NCBI GenBank assembly: GCA_963749075.1
Contig: CAVVLJ010000020.1
Location: 480,001 to 544,000, forward strand
Reading direction: 5' to 3'
Source of the DNA: an uncultured Pseudomonadota bacterium
Lineage (GTDB): Bacteria > Pseudomonadota > Alphaproteobacteria > JACZXZ01
DNA length: 64,000 nucleotides
Positions within the stretch are counted from its first letter, which is position 1. Each line of letters opens with the position of its first letter. The position numbers were made by a program, and so were the translations under genes. Positions 10,021 through 20,175 of this stretch are shown in pieces. Under the pieces are notes generated by a model, which saw only the letters and a list, made by a program, of their open reading frames with translations, did no database searches and was not told the origin of the DNA.

Positions 10021-10114
10021 GGCGCGCTCCTCAGGGTGAGGGGGCCCCGACGTTCGGCGGATGTCCTCATCCCGAGGAGGGCCGCAGGCCCGTCTCGAAG
10101 GATGAGGACATCCG
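10021..10114. repeat. Palindromic intergenic repeat (REP/RPE-like), copy 2
   Basis: Near-identical to 1985-2078; 15-bp stem CGGATGTCCTCATCC / GGATGAGGACATCCG. Confidence 0.85.
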
Positions 10115-10216
10115 GGCGGCGGCAAATGCGATTGCCGCGCGCTCAATGGGGGCACGCTGGCATTCCCGGCAGCGATCGGCGAAACTGCGGCCTCTGATGG
10201 CCGAGACGAGAGGGAC

Positions 10217-12731
10217 GTGAGCTCGCCCTACGACGAAATGGTCACCGGCGCCGGTGCCCTCAGGCCGCACTGGCGCGGCGTGATGGAGACGGTCTGGAGC
10301 TTCTCGCCCGAGCAGCTTGCCGAGAAGCAGGCGCGCGCGGCGCTCCAGATGGCGGACGCCGACCGGCTCCTCGCCTTGCGCGAGCACGCGGCCGGGCCGC
10401 CGACCCGCTCGCTCGACCTCCTGCCTCTCATCCTCCCCGAGGCGGAATGGCGGGAGCTCGCCGCCGGGCTCGCCGAGCGGGCGCGCCTGCTCGACGCCAT
10501 CCTCGCCGATCTCTACGGCCCGCAGCGCCTCATCGAGGAGCGCCTGCTGCCGCCCTATCTCGTGCTGGGCAATCCGGCCTTCCTCCGCCCCTTGCGCCGG
10601 GCGCTAGGCGGGGGCGGCGTGCCGTACCTGCATTTCTATGCCGCCGATCTGGTGCGCCTGCCGAGCGGCGAGTGGCGCGTCTTCGCCGACCGCACCCAGG
10701 CGGCGGCCGGCGTCGGCTATGCGCTCCATCACCGCGCCGTGCTCGCGCGCACTTTCCCCGAGGCCTTCCGCACCGCCGAGGTGCGGCGCCTCGAGTCCTT
10801 CCTCGAGCTCTGGCAAACGAGCCTTGCCGCCATCGGCGCAGCACTTGCCGAGCCGCCGCAGATCGTCCTCCTGACACCGGGACCCTATAACGAGGCCTAT
10901 TTCGAGCACATGCTTCTCGCCCGCGAGCTCGGCATCACCATCGTGCAGAGCGCCGATCTCACCGTGCGCAACAATTTCGTCTTCCTCAAGACGCTCGAGG
11001 GGCTCGTCAAGGTCGACGTCATCTACCGCCGGGTCGACGGCGATTACTGCGATTCGCTGGAGCTGCGCGAGGACTCCGAGCTCGGCGTCGCCGGCCTCGT
11101 CGAGGTGATGCGCTGCGGCAATGTGGCCGTGCTCAACCTGCCGGGCTCGGCGGTGATCGAGACGCCGGCCTTCGCACCCTTCCTCCCGGAGCTCTCGCGC
11201 CGGCTCCTCGGCGCCGAGCTGCGGCTTCCCGCCGTCACCACCTGGTGGTGCGGGCAGGAGCGGGCGCTCGGCGAGGTGCGCGCGGCACTCGACAATTTCG
11301 CCCTCCAGCCGGTCTTCGAGCCCGATCCCACGCCGGTCGAGCCGGCCCTCCTCGCGGCCGATGAGCGCGAACGCTTCGAGGCGCTCTTAGGGCGCCACCC
11401 AGAGCGCTTCGTCGCGCGCGAGCGCATGGCGCCGAGTCTCGCACCGTGCCTTGCCGCGGAGGACGCGGCGCTCGGAGAGGGCCGCATCACCGCGGCACCG
11501 GTGGTGCTGCGCGCCGTAGCCCTCTGGCACGCCGGCGCCTGGACCGCATTCCCCGGCGGCGTCGCCCGCATCGCGGCCGACCGCTCCGTCTATCGCAACC
11601 TGCTGCGCCACGGCGGCATCGCCAAGGACGTTCTGGGTGCTGGCGGAGGAGGAGCGCGACGTTCAGGTGCCGGCGGCGTCGGCGCCGCTCGCCGCCGCGC
11701 GCGCGCGCCGCGAGGATGCCGCGCTGCGCAGCCGCACGGCCGACGATCTCTATTGGCTCGGGCGCCACGTGGAGCGCCTCGACGCCGGCGCGCGCCAGCT
11801 GCTCGCCACGCTCCACCGCCTCGCCTCCGGCGGCCTCAGCGCGCGCGACCGCGCCGAGCTCGGCCGCCTTGCCTCGGCACTGTTGCGCACCGCCTGGATC
11901 TCGCCTTCGCTGGCGGCAGCCCCGGTCGACGGCGCCATGTTCCGCGGCGGGGTGAGCGCTGCCGCGGCCGGCGGCGCGATGATGCGGCGCTCTCTCGATG
12001 CCATCCGCCGCCTGACGCTTGCCGTGCGCGACCAGCTCTCCCTCGACATGTGGCACGTGCTCCATCAGCTGACGGGTCCCGCCGCGGCGCGGTTCGCGGC
12101 GGCACCCCACGACCCCGACCGCCTCCTCGAGGCGCTCGACGGCTCGATCGCCACGCTCGCCGCCTTCGCGGGCCTGGTGGCCGAGAACATGACGCGCGGT
12201 GCCGGCTGGCGCTTCCTCGATTTGGGCCGCCGCATCGAGCGCGGCATCGCCATCGCCCAGGCGGTCTATGGCGTCATGAGCGGGCCCATAGCACAGAGCG
12301 AGGCGGGCGTGCGCCTGGCGCTCGAGCTCTGCGATTCGACGAACGCCTATCTCCTGCGCTATCCGGCCGAGCCGCGCTTCGCCCGCGCGCTCGAGTTCGT
12401 GCTGACCGAGCGCAACAATCCGCGGGCACTCGTCTTTCAGCTCGCCCGCATCGACGGCCATCTCGGCACCCAGGCGCTTCTCGGCACGGCGCAGCTCGAG
12501 CCGGCGGCGCTGCTCCCGCTCATCGAGAGGATCGAGCAGTTCCCCTTCGAGCGCGCCCATCCCGACGGCAGTGCGGCCGGGCTCGCCGCCCTCCTCGATC
12601 TCCTCCACGGTGCGGCGGGCGAGCTGCTCTCGCTTTCGGACGCCATGACGCGCGCCTTCTTCACCCACGTCGCCTCGGCCTGCCTCGTCGGCTACGCGAG
12701 CCGGCCGGCGCTTCTCGAGGCCGCGACGTGA
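10217..12731 (+). CDS. Circularly permuted ATP-grasp (type 2) fused to an alpha-E domain, one frameshift near 11631
   Basis: YDEMV, LLTPGPYNEAYFEH and VDVIYRRVD, then ADDLYWLGRHVER and GWRFLDLGRRIER in the next frame. Removing one T from GACGTTCTGG gives KDVWVL. Confidence 0.88.
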
Positions 12732-13648
12732 GGCGCTACGCCGTCCGCCACGAGACGCGCTACGGCTATGAGGCGCCGGTCGATCTCGGCTTCCACCTGC
12801 TGCGCCTCACGCCGCTCGAGACGGCGCGCCAGCGCGTCCTCGCCCATGCGCTCGCGATCGAGCCGGAGCCGACGGAGACGCGCACGTTCATCGACCACTT
12901 CGGCAACGTCGTGCATCACGTCGAGGTCGAGGTCACCCACGACCATCTCGCAGTGACGCTCGAGGCCACGGTCGAGGTCGCGGGCGGCGGCAGCGCCGTC
13001 CCGGCCAATGGCGGCCCGGCCTGGGAGGCGGTGCGCGAGGCAATGCGCGGCGACGGCTTCCCGAGCCCGCCCGCGGTCGCCGAGTTCGTCTTTCCCTCGC
13101 CGCTCGCCGCACCCGTCGAGGCCGCGGGCGACTACGCCCGGCCCACCTTCGCGCCCGCCCGGCCGATTGCCGAGGCCCTCATCGAGCTCAACCGGCGCAT
13201 CCACGCGGACTTCGTCTATCAGACGAACCTGACCGACGTCTCGACCAAGGTCGCCGAGGTGATCGCCATGCGCCGCGGCGTGTGCCAGGACTTCGCCCAT
13301 GTGATGATCGCGGGCTTGCGCGGCCTCGGGCTGCCGGCGCGCTACGTCTCGGGCTACATCCGCACGCCAGGTGCCGAGGGCGACGGCGGCCAGGCCCTCC
13401 TCGGCGCCGGCGCGAGCCATGCCTGGGTCTCGGCCTGGTGCGGCGAGGAGATCGGCTGGCTCGAGCTCGACCCCACCAACGACCTCGTGGTGGCGGACGA
13501 GCACGTGGCGGTCGCCTACGGCCGCGACTTCTCGGACGTGACACCGCTCCGCGGCGTCATCCTAGGCGGTGGCAGGCCCAGCCTGAGCGTGGCCGTCAGC
13601 GTGGCCGAGCTGGTACCGGCGCCGTCCTTGCCGGCGGGTGCGGCATAA
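12728..13648 (+). CDS. Transglutaminase family protein
   Basis: GTGA overlap with the upstream stop; YAVRHETRYGY, GVCQDFAH, SHAWVS, LDPTN and GRDFSDVTP. Confidence 0.9.
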   Translation: MRRYAVRHETRYGYEAPVDLGFHLLRLTPLETARQRVLAHALAIEPEPTETRTFIDHFGNVVHHVEVEVTHDHLAVTLEATVEVAGGGSAVPANGGPAWEAVREAMRGDGFPSPPAVAEFVFPSPLAAPVEAAGDYARPTFAPARPIAEALIELNRRIHADFVYQTNLTDVSTKVAEVIAMRRGVCQDFAHVMIAGLRGLGLPARYVSGYIRTPGAEGDGGQALLGAGASHAWVSAWCGEEIGWLELDPTNDLVVADEHVAVAYGRDFSDVTPLRGVILGGGRPSLSVAVSVAELVPAPSLPAGAA

Positions 13649-13655
13649 ATATAAT
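13628..13655 (+). promoter_or_regulatory. Sigma70-type promoter of tRNA-Gly
   Basis: TTGCCG-N16-TATAAT ending 22 nt before the tRNA. Confidence 0.6.
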
Positions 13656-13677
13656 GTGAGGTCCTAGCTCCGGGAAC

Positions 13678-13751
13678 GCGGGTGTAGCTCAATGGCAGAG
13701 CAGAAGCTTCCCAAGCTCCAGACGGGGGTTCGATTCCCTTCACCCGCTCCA
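13678..13751 (+). tRNA. tRNA-Gly (CCC)
   Basis: GCGGGTG/CACCCGC acceptor stem, anticodon loop TTCCCAA, GGTTCGATTCC T-arm, TCCA 3' end; 74 nt. Confidence 0.96.
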
Positions 13752-13966
13752 ATCATATCAATGATTTAAAATCCGCATCTCTGGACCCGCGGGCTGCTTT
13801 GGCACAAACTGGCACACAAATTCACGTAACTGACGCCCAGCAAAGAAAGAATCTGAGGCCCGTTCCAACGCTTGGGCTCGGCATCCGACTGTAGCCCAGC
13901 TTGAAAAGCGCCTCACGTTCGAGGTCAGGGTCGCCGAGATCAAGTAAGCGCGATAAGTTACTGCCG

Positions 13967-16459
13967 ATGGGCGAAAAGCATAACAGACCCTCAGTGTCGG
14001 GCGACACAGCCCTGCAGATTCGGACGTTGAAGAGCCGGTTGGTGACACTTGACCAGGAGCGGTCGGTGATCACCGAACGGCTGGGAGAGCTGGAGCGGGC
14101 TCAAGCGAAGGACGGGGCCAAGCAGCCTCTCCTCACTTCCACCCGCGTAACTATGGCCTCGCCAACCTCCGAGAAGATCGCATTTTTTCGGAACCTGTTC
14201 CGTGGACGAGAGGATGTGTTTCCGCGCCGATGGGAAAACCCAAGGACCGGGAAGGCGGGTTACGCGCCCGTGTGCCGGAACGAGTGGGTCCGAGGAGTTT
14301 GCAGAAAGCCGCAGGTCAAGTGCGGAGAATGCTCAAATCAGGCATTCGTCCCTGTCGGGAACGATGTCGTCCGCGCGCATCTCACGGGAAGGGCGGGCGG
14401 AAACCCGGCGGACTTCACCGCCGGCGTCTACCCTATGCTGCCGGACGAGACATGCTGGTTCCTTGCTGCCGATTTCGACAAGAAGTCCTGGATGCAGGAT
14501 GTTGCCGCGTTCCGCGACACGGCGCGGGGAAAAGGCGTCTCCGTCGCAATCGAACGATCGCGCTCCGGCAACGGTGCTCATGCGTGGATTTTCTTTGCTG
14601 AACCGGTGCCGGCGGCTGATGCACGGCGGCTTGGGGCGCTCCTCGTCACGGCGACGATGGATCGCTGTCCCGACATCGGCTTCGATTCGTATGATCGGTT
14701 CTTCCCGAGCCAGGACACAATGCCGGCGGGCGGGTTCGGCAATCTGATCGCGCTGCCGCTTCAGCACCGGCCTCGCGAGAATGGCAACAGCGTCTTTCTC
14801 GATGATGATTTTCGCCCGTACGAAGATCAGTGGGCGTATCTGTCAACGATCGACCGGTTATCGCGGGGCGAGCTGATATCGATCGTGGCCGAAGCGGCCG
14901 CGACGGGGCAGATTATCGGCGTGCGGCTTTCTTCGACCAAAGAGGACGATGAGCCCTGGGCAGCACTACCGTCCCGCCGCAGCAAAGAACCACCGATCAT
15001 GGGCGAGCTTCCCGACTCGGTCGAGGTCGTGCTGGGCAATCAGGTCTATATCGACCGAACGAAGCTCCCGCCGGCTCTCGTGAACCGGATCGCACGGCTG
15101 GCCGCATTCCAAAATCCCGAGTTCTATGCGGCGCAGGCCATGCGTCTGCCGACCTTCGGCAAGCCACGCATCATCTCCTGTGCCGAGCTGTTCTCGAAAC
15201 ATGTCGCCCTCCCAAGGGGATGCCTCGACAATCTGTTGGGCCTTCTCGGCGACGCGGGCGTTGCTGCCGCACTGCGCGACGAGCGCCAGCAAGGGCGGCC
15301 CCTCGGGATGAGGTTTCTCGGCGAGCTGACGCCGGAACAGGATAAGGCTTTCGTGGCCCTTCTCCAGCATGAGACCGGGGTGCTCGCAGCGACCACGGCA
15401 TTTGGTAAGACCGTCATTGCCGCGAAAATGATCGCGGAGCGGGATCGGACCGCACTGGTCCTCGTCCATCGCCGGCAGCTCCTCGATCAGTGGGTAGCGC
15501 GTCTTCAAGCCTTCCTCGACATCCCTCCGAACAAGCTCGGCGTCATCCATGGCGGGAAGAAGAAGCCGAGCGGCAACATCGATATCGCCCTCATGCAGAG
15601 CTTGGTTCGGAAGGGCGTCGTCTCCGATCTGGTCGCCGATTATGGCCAAATTGTCGTTGACGAATGCCATCACCTGTCCGCTGTGGGCTTCGAAGCCATT
15701 GCGCGGCAGGCTAAGGCCCGATATGTGCTCGGCCTGTCTGCGACGGTCACGAGGAAAGACGGCCACCACCCGATCATCTTCATGCAATGCGGTCCGATCC
15801 GTCATCGGGTCGATGCCAAGAAGCAGGCTGCGGCTCGGCCCTTCGACCACAAGGTCGTCTTCCGACGCACGGAGTTCCGGCTTGCACAGAATAATCCGGA
15901 CGAAAAGCCGGCGATCCAGGAGCTTTATGCAAGGCTCACCCAGGACCCGGCGCGGAACGATCTCATCTTCGACAACGTCCTGGCGGCGCTCGAAGCCGGT
16001 CGTTCGCCAGTGGTCATCACCGAACGCAAGGATCATCTCGACGCACTGGCGGGCCGCCTGTCGAAGTTCGCGAAGAACGTCATCGTTCTTCGTGGCGGCA
16101 CGACCGTTCGGCAGTCGCGGGCGGCAACCGAGTCCTTGGCCAAGATCCCGGCTGGCGAGGAACGGGTGCTGGTGGCTACGGGCCGATATCTCGGCGAGGG
16201 CTTCGATGATGCGAGGCTCGACACCCTGTTTCTGACGATGCCGATCTCCTGGCGCGGAATCCTTGCTCAGTATGCGGGCCGGCTGCACCGGTTGCATGCC
16301 GCGAAACGCGATGTTGTCATTTATGACTACATCGATGAAAACGAGCCGATGCTGGCGAAGATGGCGGTCAAGCGGGAGGCCGGATATCGGAGCCTTGGGT
16401 ACCGAGCGGTAGATGGCACGGAACTTGGATTTGCACCGCCACCGCTCAAGGCGGGTTAA
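13967..16459 (+). CDS. AEP primase (TOTE-type) fused to an SF2 DEAD/DEAH (ResIII-like) helicase
   Basis: LFRGREDVF, a Cys cluster, AADFD, ERSRSGNGAHAW and GNLIALPLQ; helicase motifs TAFGKT, DECH, LSAT, GEGFD and QYAGRLHR. Confidence 0.85.
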   Translation: MGEKHNRPSVSGDTALQIRTLKSRLVTLDQERSVITERLGELERAQAKDGAKQPLLTSTRVTMASPTSEKIAFFRNLFRGREDVFPRRWENPRTGKAGYAPVCRNEWVRGVCRKPQVKCGECSNQAFVPVGNDVVRAHLTGRAGGNPADFTAGVYPMLPDETCWFLAADFDKKSWMQDVAAFRDTARGKGVSVAIERSRSGNGAHAWIFFAEPVPAADARRLGALLVTATMDRCPDIGFDSYDRFFPSQDTMPAGGFGNLIALPLQHRPRENGNSVFLDDDFRPYEDQWAYLSTIDRLSRGELISIVAEAAATGQIIGVRLSSTKEDDEPWAALPSRRSKEPPIMGELPDSVEVVLGNQVYIDRTKLPPALVNRIARLAAFQNPEFYAAQAMRLPTFGKPRIISCAELFSKHVALPRGCLDNLLGLLGDAGVAAALRDERQQGRPLGMRFLGELTPEQDKAFVALLQHETGVLAATTAFGKTVIAAKMIAERDRTALVLVHRRQLLDQWVARLQAFLDIPPNKLGVIHGGKKKPSGNIDIALMQSLVRKGVVSDLVADYGQIVVDECHHLSAVGFEAIARQAKARYVLGLSATVTRKDGHHPIIFMQCGPIRHRVDAKKQAAARPFDHKVVFRRTEFRLAQNNPDEKPAIQELYARLTQDPARNDLIFDNVLAALEAGRSPVVITERKDHLDALAGRLSKFAKNVIVLRGGTTVRQSRAATESLAKIPAGEERVLVATGRYLGEGFDDARLDTLFLTMPISWRGILAQYAGRLHRLHAAKRDVVIYDYIDENEPMLAKMAVKREAGYRSLGYRAVDGTELGFAPPPLKAG

Positions 16460-16626
16460 CGGGCACAGCCGGAAAGCCATATCCAAAGTCAGGTTTCGCC
16501 ACGAAGAAATCGCGGGATCAAACTGTTCGTGACCTGGGCGCGGCAAACTGGAGTTGGAATCTGGAATCTGAGCGCGGTTTCGAATTAGGCCAATGTCGAG
16601 GGTCAATCGTGGCAACGGTTCCTATC

Positions 16627-16675
16627 TACGCTTTAAGCGTACTTTTCCCTGGACGCGACTACGCCTAAGGCGTAG
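16627..16675. promoter_or_regulatory. Two related operator palindromes upstream of the BrnT toxin-antitoxin operon
   Basis: TACGCTT-T-AAGCGTA (16627-16641) and CTACGCCT-A-AGGCGTAG (16659-16675). Confidence 0.7.
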
Positions 16676-16684
16676 AGTGTCTTC

Positions 16685-16957
16685 GTGATCGTTATCGAAG
16701 TCGATCCGGCCAAGGACGCCATCAACCAGCGCAAGCATGGCATCGCCCTCGCGGCGGCTGCGGTCCCTTTCGAAGGTCTGATCCTCCAGTCCGATGGTCG
16801 TTTCGATTGCCGGGAGGACAGATGGTTGGCGGTGGGTCGGATCGGCGATCAGGTCTTCACCGCCTGTTACACCATGCGCGGCCGAGTGTATCGGATTATC
16901 AGCATGCGCCGCGCGAGCCGAAAGGAGCGTCGAGCCTATGCGCAAGCCAATCCCTAA
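16685..16957 (+). CDS. brnT: BrnT family toxin
   Basis: DPAKDAINQRKHGI, EDRWLAVG and YRIISMRRASRKER. Confidence 0.85.
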   Translation: MIVIEVDPAKDAINQRKHGIALAAAAVPFEGLILQSDGRFDCREDRWLAVGRIGDQVFTACYTMRGRVYRIISMRRASRKERRAYAQANP

Positions 16958-17366
16958 GAAGCCAGCCGCCAAGAATTTGCACATGGTAGCACCAACCCGC
17001 AGAACGTTCCGGCGTCCGGGCGTGGAAGAAATCCACCGCGCCGCAGACGAGGCCGTCAAAGTCGCGGTACGGCAGACGGACGAAGAGGTGATGCGCGCGA
17101 TCAAGGATGATGCCGACACCTTCGAGGCGGATCCCGCGCGGCTCGTCGCCATACGACCGCAAGACGTCGACGTGGCGCGCATCCGCTCGGGTCTCTGTCT
17201 AACGCAGGCCGCCTTCGCGGCAGCGACCGGCGTGCCGCATCGCCTCATTTCGGATTGGGAGCAAGGCCGCAAGAAGCCGTCCGCGGCGGCGCGGGCGTTC
17301 CTCCTCCTCGTGGACGAATTCGGCGAGAAGGCGCTGAAACGGCTGGCGCAACGGACCACCGCGTGA
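16938..17366 (+). CDS. XRE/HTH antitoxin (HigA/MqsA-like C-terminal HTH)
   Basis: DVARIRSGLCLTQAAFAAATGV...ISDWEQGRKKP; overlaps the toxin stop. Confidence 0.8.
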   Translation: MRKPIPKKPAAKNLHMVAPTRRTFRRPGVEEIHRAADEAVKVAVRQTDEEVMRAIKDDADTFEADPARLVAIRPQDVDVARIRSGLCLTQAAFAAATGVPHRLISDWEQGRKKPSAAARAFLLLVDEFGEKALKRLAQRTTA

Positions 17367-17444
17367 CGGCTCTTACGTGGTTTTTTGAGGACTTGGCATC
17401 GCTCGCACGGCTTGGCGGCGAGACGGACGGAGGAGGCACGCCGT

Positions 17445-17807
17445 ATGGACGGGGAGATCTCCTGGCGCGTGGAGCTTGCGCTCAAGCCGGCCCAGCTCGC
17501 GAGCTTTCGCGCGCTCACGGGCGAGATGGTGGCGTTCACGCGAAGCGAGCCCGGCGTCTTGAGCTACCAGAGATTCCTCGGCGGCGACGGCAAGTCCGTC
17601 CATGTCTACGAGCGCTACGCCAGTTCGTCCGCCGCCGCGGCGCACCTGCGCAATTTCGCCGAACTCTTCGGCGCGCGTTTCTCCGCCGTGGCGGAGCGCA
17701 CGCGATTCACCGTCTACGGGCAGCCGAGCGATGAGCTGAGAGGACTGCTGGACGGCTTCGGTGCCACCTATATGAAGCCTCTTGGCGATTTCGCCTATTG
17801 GGCATAG
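17445..17807 (+). CDS. Antibiotic-biosynthesis monooxygenase (ABM) domain protein
   Basis: TRSEPGVLSYQ and VHVYERYASSSAAAAHL; GGAGG ribosome-binding site. Confidence 0.75.
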   Translation: MDGEISWRVELALKPAQLASFRALTGEMVAFTRSEPGVLSYQRFLGGDGKSVHVYERYASSSAAAAHLRNFAELFGARFSAVAERTRFTVYGQPSDELRGLLDGFGATYMKPLGDFAYWA

Positions 17808-17822
17808 ACGCGCCGGCGCAGG

Positions 17823-19652
17823 TCACGAATGCACCTTCCGGTGGTGCCTGGGGTGCAGATCGAGCTTGGGCAGTTCGTCCGGCAGCAATGTCTCCTTCTC
17901 GAGCAGGTCCTTTGCCCCCTCGTTCAATTGCGTGCGATAGGTCTTGAGGATGTGCATCGCGGTGTTCCCGGCCTCATCCACGAGGGCACGGACGGCGCAG
18001 TCGATTTCCCGGGCGGTCTGCTCGCTATAGTCGCGGGAGATCGAGGCGGGATTGCCGAGAAACGTATCGCGCTGGGTCTCGTAGGCCATCTGGCCGAGCT
18101 CGTCGGACATGCCGTAGCGCGTGATCATGTTGCGGGCGATGTGCGTCGCCTTTTCCAGATCGTCCGAAGCGCCCGTGGAGATCTCGTCGAAGACGAGAGC
18201 TTCGGCCGAACGGCCGCCGAGAAGCACGGCCATCTTGCCCTTGAGCTCGGCGCGGGTCATGAGAAAGCGGTCGTCCATCGGGCGCTGCATCGTGTAGCCG
18301 AGGGCGCCGATGCCGCGCGGCACGATCGATATCTTCTGCACCGGATCCGCCCCCGGGGTGGCCATGGCGACCAGGGCATGGCCCATCTCGTGGTAGGCAA
18401 CGACCTCCCGCTCCTTGGGGATGAGCAGCCGGCTCTTCCGTTCCAGGCCGCCGACGATGCGCTCGATGGCAACCGTGAAGTCGGCCATCGCGACGGATGG
18501 CGCGTTGCGCTTTGTCGCCTGAAGGGCCGCCTCGTTGACCAGATTTGCCAGGTCGGCGCCGGAGAACCCGGGCGTCAAGGCGGCGATCTGCGCCGGATCG
18601 ACGTCCGTTGCGGCTTGCACTTGCTTGAGATGGATCTTGAGAATGGCGACGCGGCCGATCTTGTCCGGCCGGTCGACCAGCACCTGGCGGTCGAAACGGC
18701 CGGCCCGCAGCAGCGCAGGGTCGAGAACCTCGGGCCTGTTCGTCGCCGCCAGCAGCACGATCCCCGTTTGCGGGTCGAACCCGTCCAGCTCCATGAGGAG
18801 CTGGTTCAGCGTTTGCTCTTTTTCGTCGTGCCCGCCGGCCATCGGACCGACGCCGCGCGCCCTCCCCAAGGCGTCGAGCTCGTCGATGAAGATGATGCAG
18901 GGCGCCACCTTGCGAGCCTGCTCGAAGAGGTCGCGGACGCGCGCCGCGCCGACGCCGACGAACATCTCGACGAATTCCGATCCGCTGATGGAAAAGAAAG
19001 GCACGCCCGCCTCACCGGCAACCGCGCGGGCGAGCAGCGTCTTTCCCGTGCCCGGCGGGCCGACGAGCAAGACACCTTTCGGCATGCGCGCGCCGAGCCG
19101 CGCGTGAAGCTTCGGCTCCTTGAGGAAATTGACGGTCTCCATGAGCTCGTCCCGCGCCTCGTCGACGCCCGCCACGTCCGCGAAGGTGACCTTGGTATCT
19201 TTCTCGACGAAGATCTTCGCCTTGCTTTTGCCGATCGACATCAAGCCGCCCAGGCCCTGCTGTCCGCCGAAGCGGCGAATGACGAACATCCAAATCGCGA
19301 AGAAAACGACGGCGGGCAGCACCCACGACAGGAGGTCGGCGATGAAATGATTCTCGACGACGCCGGTAATCTTCACTTTGTACTTTTCGAGCATATCCGC
19401 GATGTCCGGCGCCACCAGCACCGTCGAATAATATTGCCGGCCGTCGGGAAGCGGTTTGACCAGCTTGCCGTCGAGATAATTCTGTCGCACGTTGACGGCC
19501 TCGATCTTGCCGTCCTTGAGGAACTGCTCGAACTCGCTCCAGGATATCGTCTCGACTTTCTGATGCGTGCCCCACCAGCTCTGGAACAGGGTGATGGCGA
19601 GGAACGCGGCGATCGCGTACCACAAATTGAAATGCATCTTCTTCTTGTCCAT
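17823..19652 (-). CDS. ftsH: ATP-dependent zinc metalloprotease FtsH (accessory FtsH2-like)
   Basis: Two transmembrane segments, [25 protein letters not shown] and HEMGH. Confidence 0.93.
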   Translation of the reverse strand: MDKKKMHFNLWYAIAAFLAITLFQSWWGTHQKVETISWSEFEQFLKDGKIEAVNVRQNYLDGKLVKPLPDGRQYYSTVLVAPDIADMLEKYKVKITGVVENHFIADLLSWVLPAVVFFAIWMFVIRRFGGQQGLGGLMSIGKSKAKIFVEKDTKVTFADVAGVDEARDELMETVNFLKEPKLHARLGARMPKGVLLVGPPGTGKTLLARAVAGEAGVPFFSISGSEFVEMFVGVGAARVRDLFEQARKVAPCIIFIDELDALGRARGVGPMAGGHDEKEQTLNQLLMELDGFDPQTGIVLLAATNRPEVLDPALLRAGRFDRQVLVDRPDKIGRVAILKIHLKQVQAATDVDPAQIAALTPGFSGADLANLVNEAALQATKRNAPSVAMADFTVAIERIVGGLERKSRLLIPKEREVVAYHEMGHALVAMATPGADPVQKISIVPRGIGALGYTMQRPMDDRFLMTRAELKGKMAVLLGGRSAEALVFDEISTGASDDLEKATHIARNMITRYGMSDELGQMAYETQRDTFLGNPASISRDYSEQTAREIDCAVRALVDEAGNTAMHILKTYRTQLNEGAKDLLEKETLLPDELPKLDLHPRHHRKVHS

Positions 19653-20175
19653 CGCTTCCCTCCGGGGTCTGCGCGTACGGCGTGAACTATTGACGAACGT
19701 GGTCACTCACGCCGCGTGAAAATCCGCTCTCTCCGAAGCCCGGTGATGAGATTGCATGCCGCGGCACCCCTCGACTATAGCACCTATGACGGCGAGCGCG
19801 GCGGGGCCATTTTTCGCCCTGCGAAAGTGCGGCGCTTACGCTCGGTTCCCCAATGCGGGCGGCGTCCGCCCCGCGCCACGAGCCCATCCTGCGCGTCGAG
19901 AGCTTGAGCGTGAGCGCGGCGACGCGGCGTCACGTCGAATACGCCCATGGCCGGCTGCGCGGCGACCGGGCTTCGCCGATCCGGCACTCGACCCCCGGCG
20001 CATTGTCCGCGCCGTCCTCGCAGCCGTGTCGCGCCCCGGCAGCGGGGCCGAAATTTGCATAGGGTCCCCGCGCAAAGGACATTAGAATGGCGCCGTAACC
20101 GCAAGGGGGGAAAGCTCCGTGCCGCCCGGGGCGTGGGGAGCCATGCTCGAGTGCCGCGGGCGGAGGAGTCTCGAG

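Larger units (their letters stand above)
13752..19750. mobile_element. Putative tRNA-anchored genomic islet without an integrase (right boundary uncertain)
   Basis: Drop in GC and change in codon style after the tRNA. IHF consensus TATCAATGATTTA at 13756-13768, TGGCACA direct repeats at 13800-13819, and accessory cargo. Confidence 0.5.

Noticed and set aside
10217-13648. 1143-aa ATP-grasp-transglutaminase fusion in the ORF track
   Set aside because: Artefact of the 11631 frameshift. The middle is off-frame, the alpha-E domain is in another frame, and the transglutaminase has its own GTG at 12728.
13800-13825. TGGCAC as a sigma54 -24 element
   Set aside because: Neither copy has GC at the required spacing; they fit direct repeats better.
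19853-20062. Short ORF containing EPILRVESLSV, reminiscent of an ABC ATPase N-terminus
   Set aside because: No Walker motifs; too short and ambiguous to call even a pseudogene.
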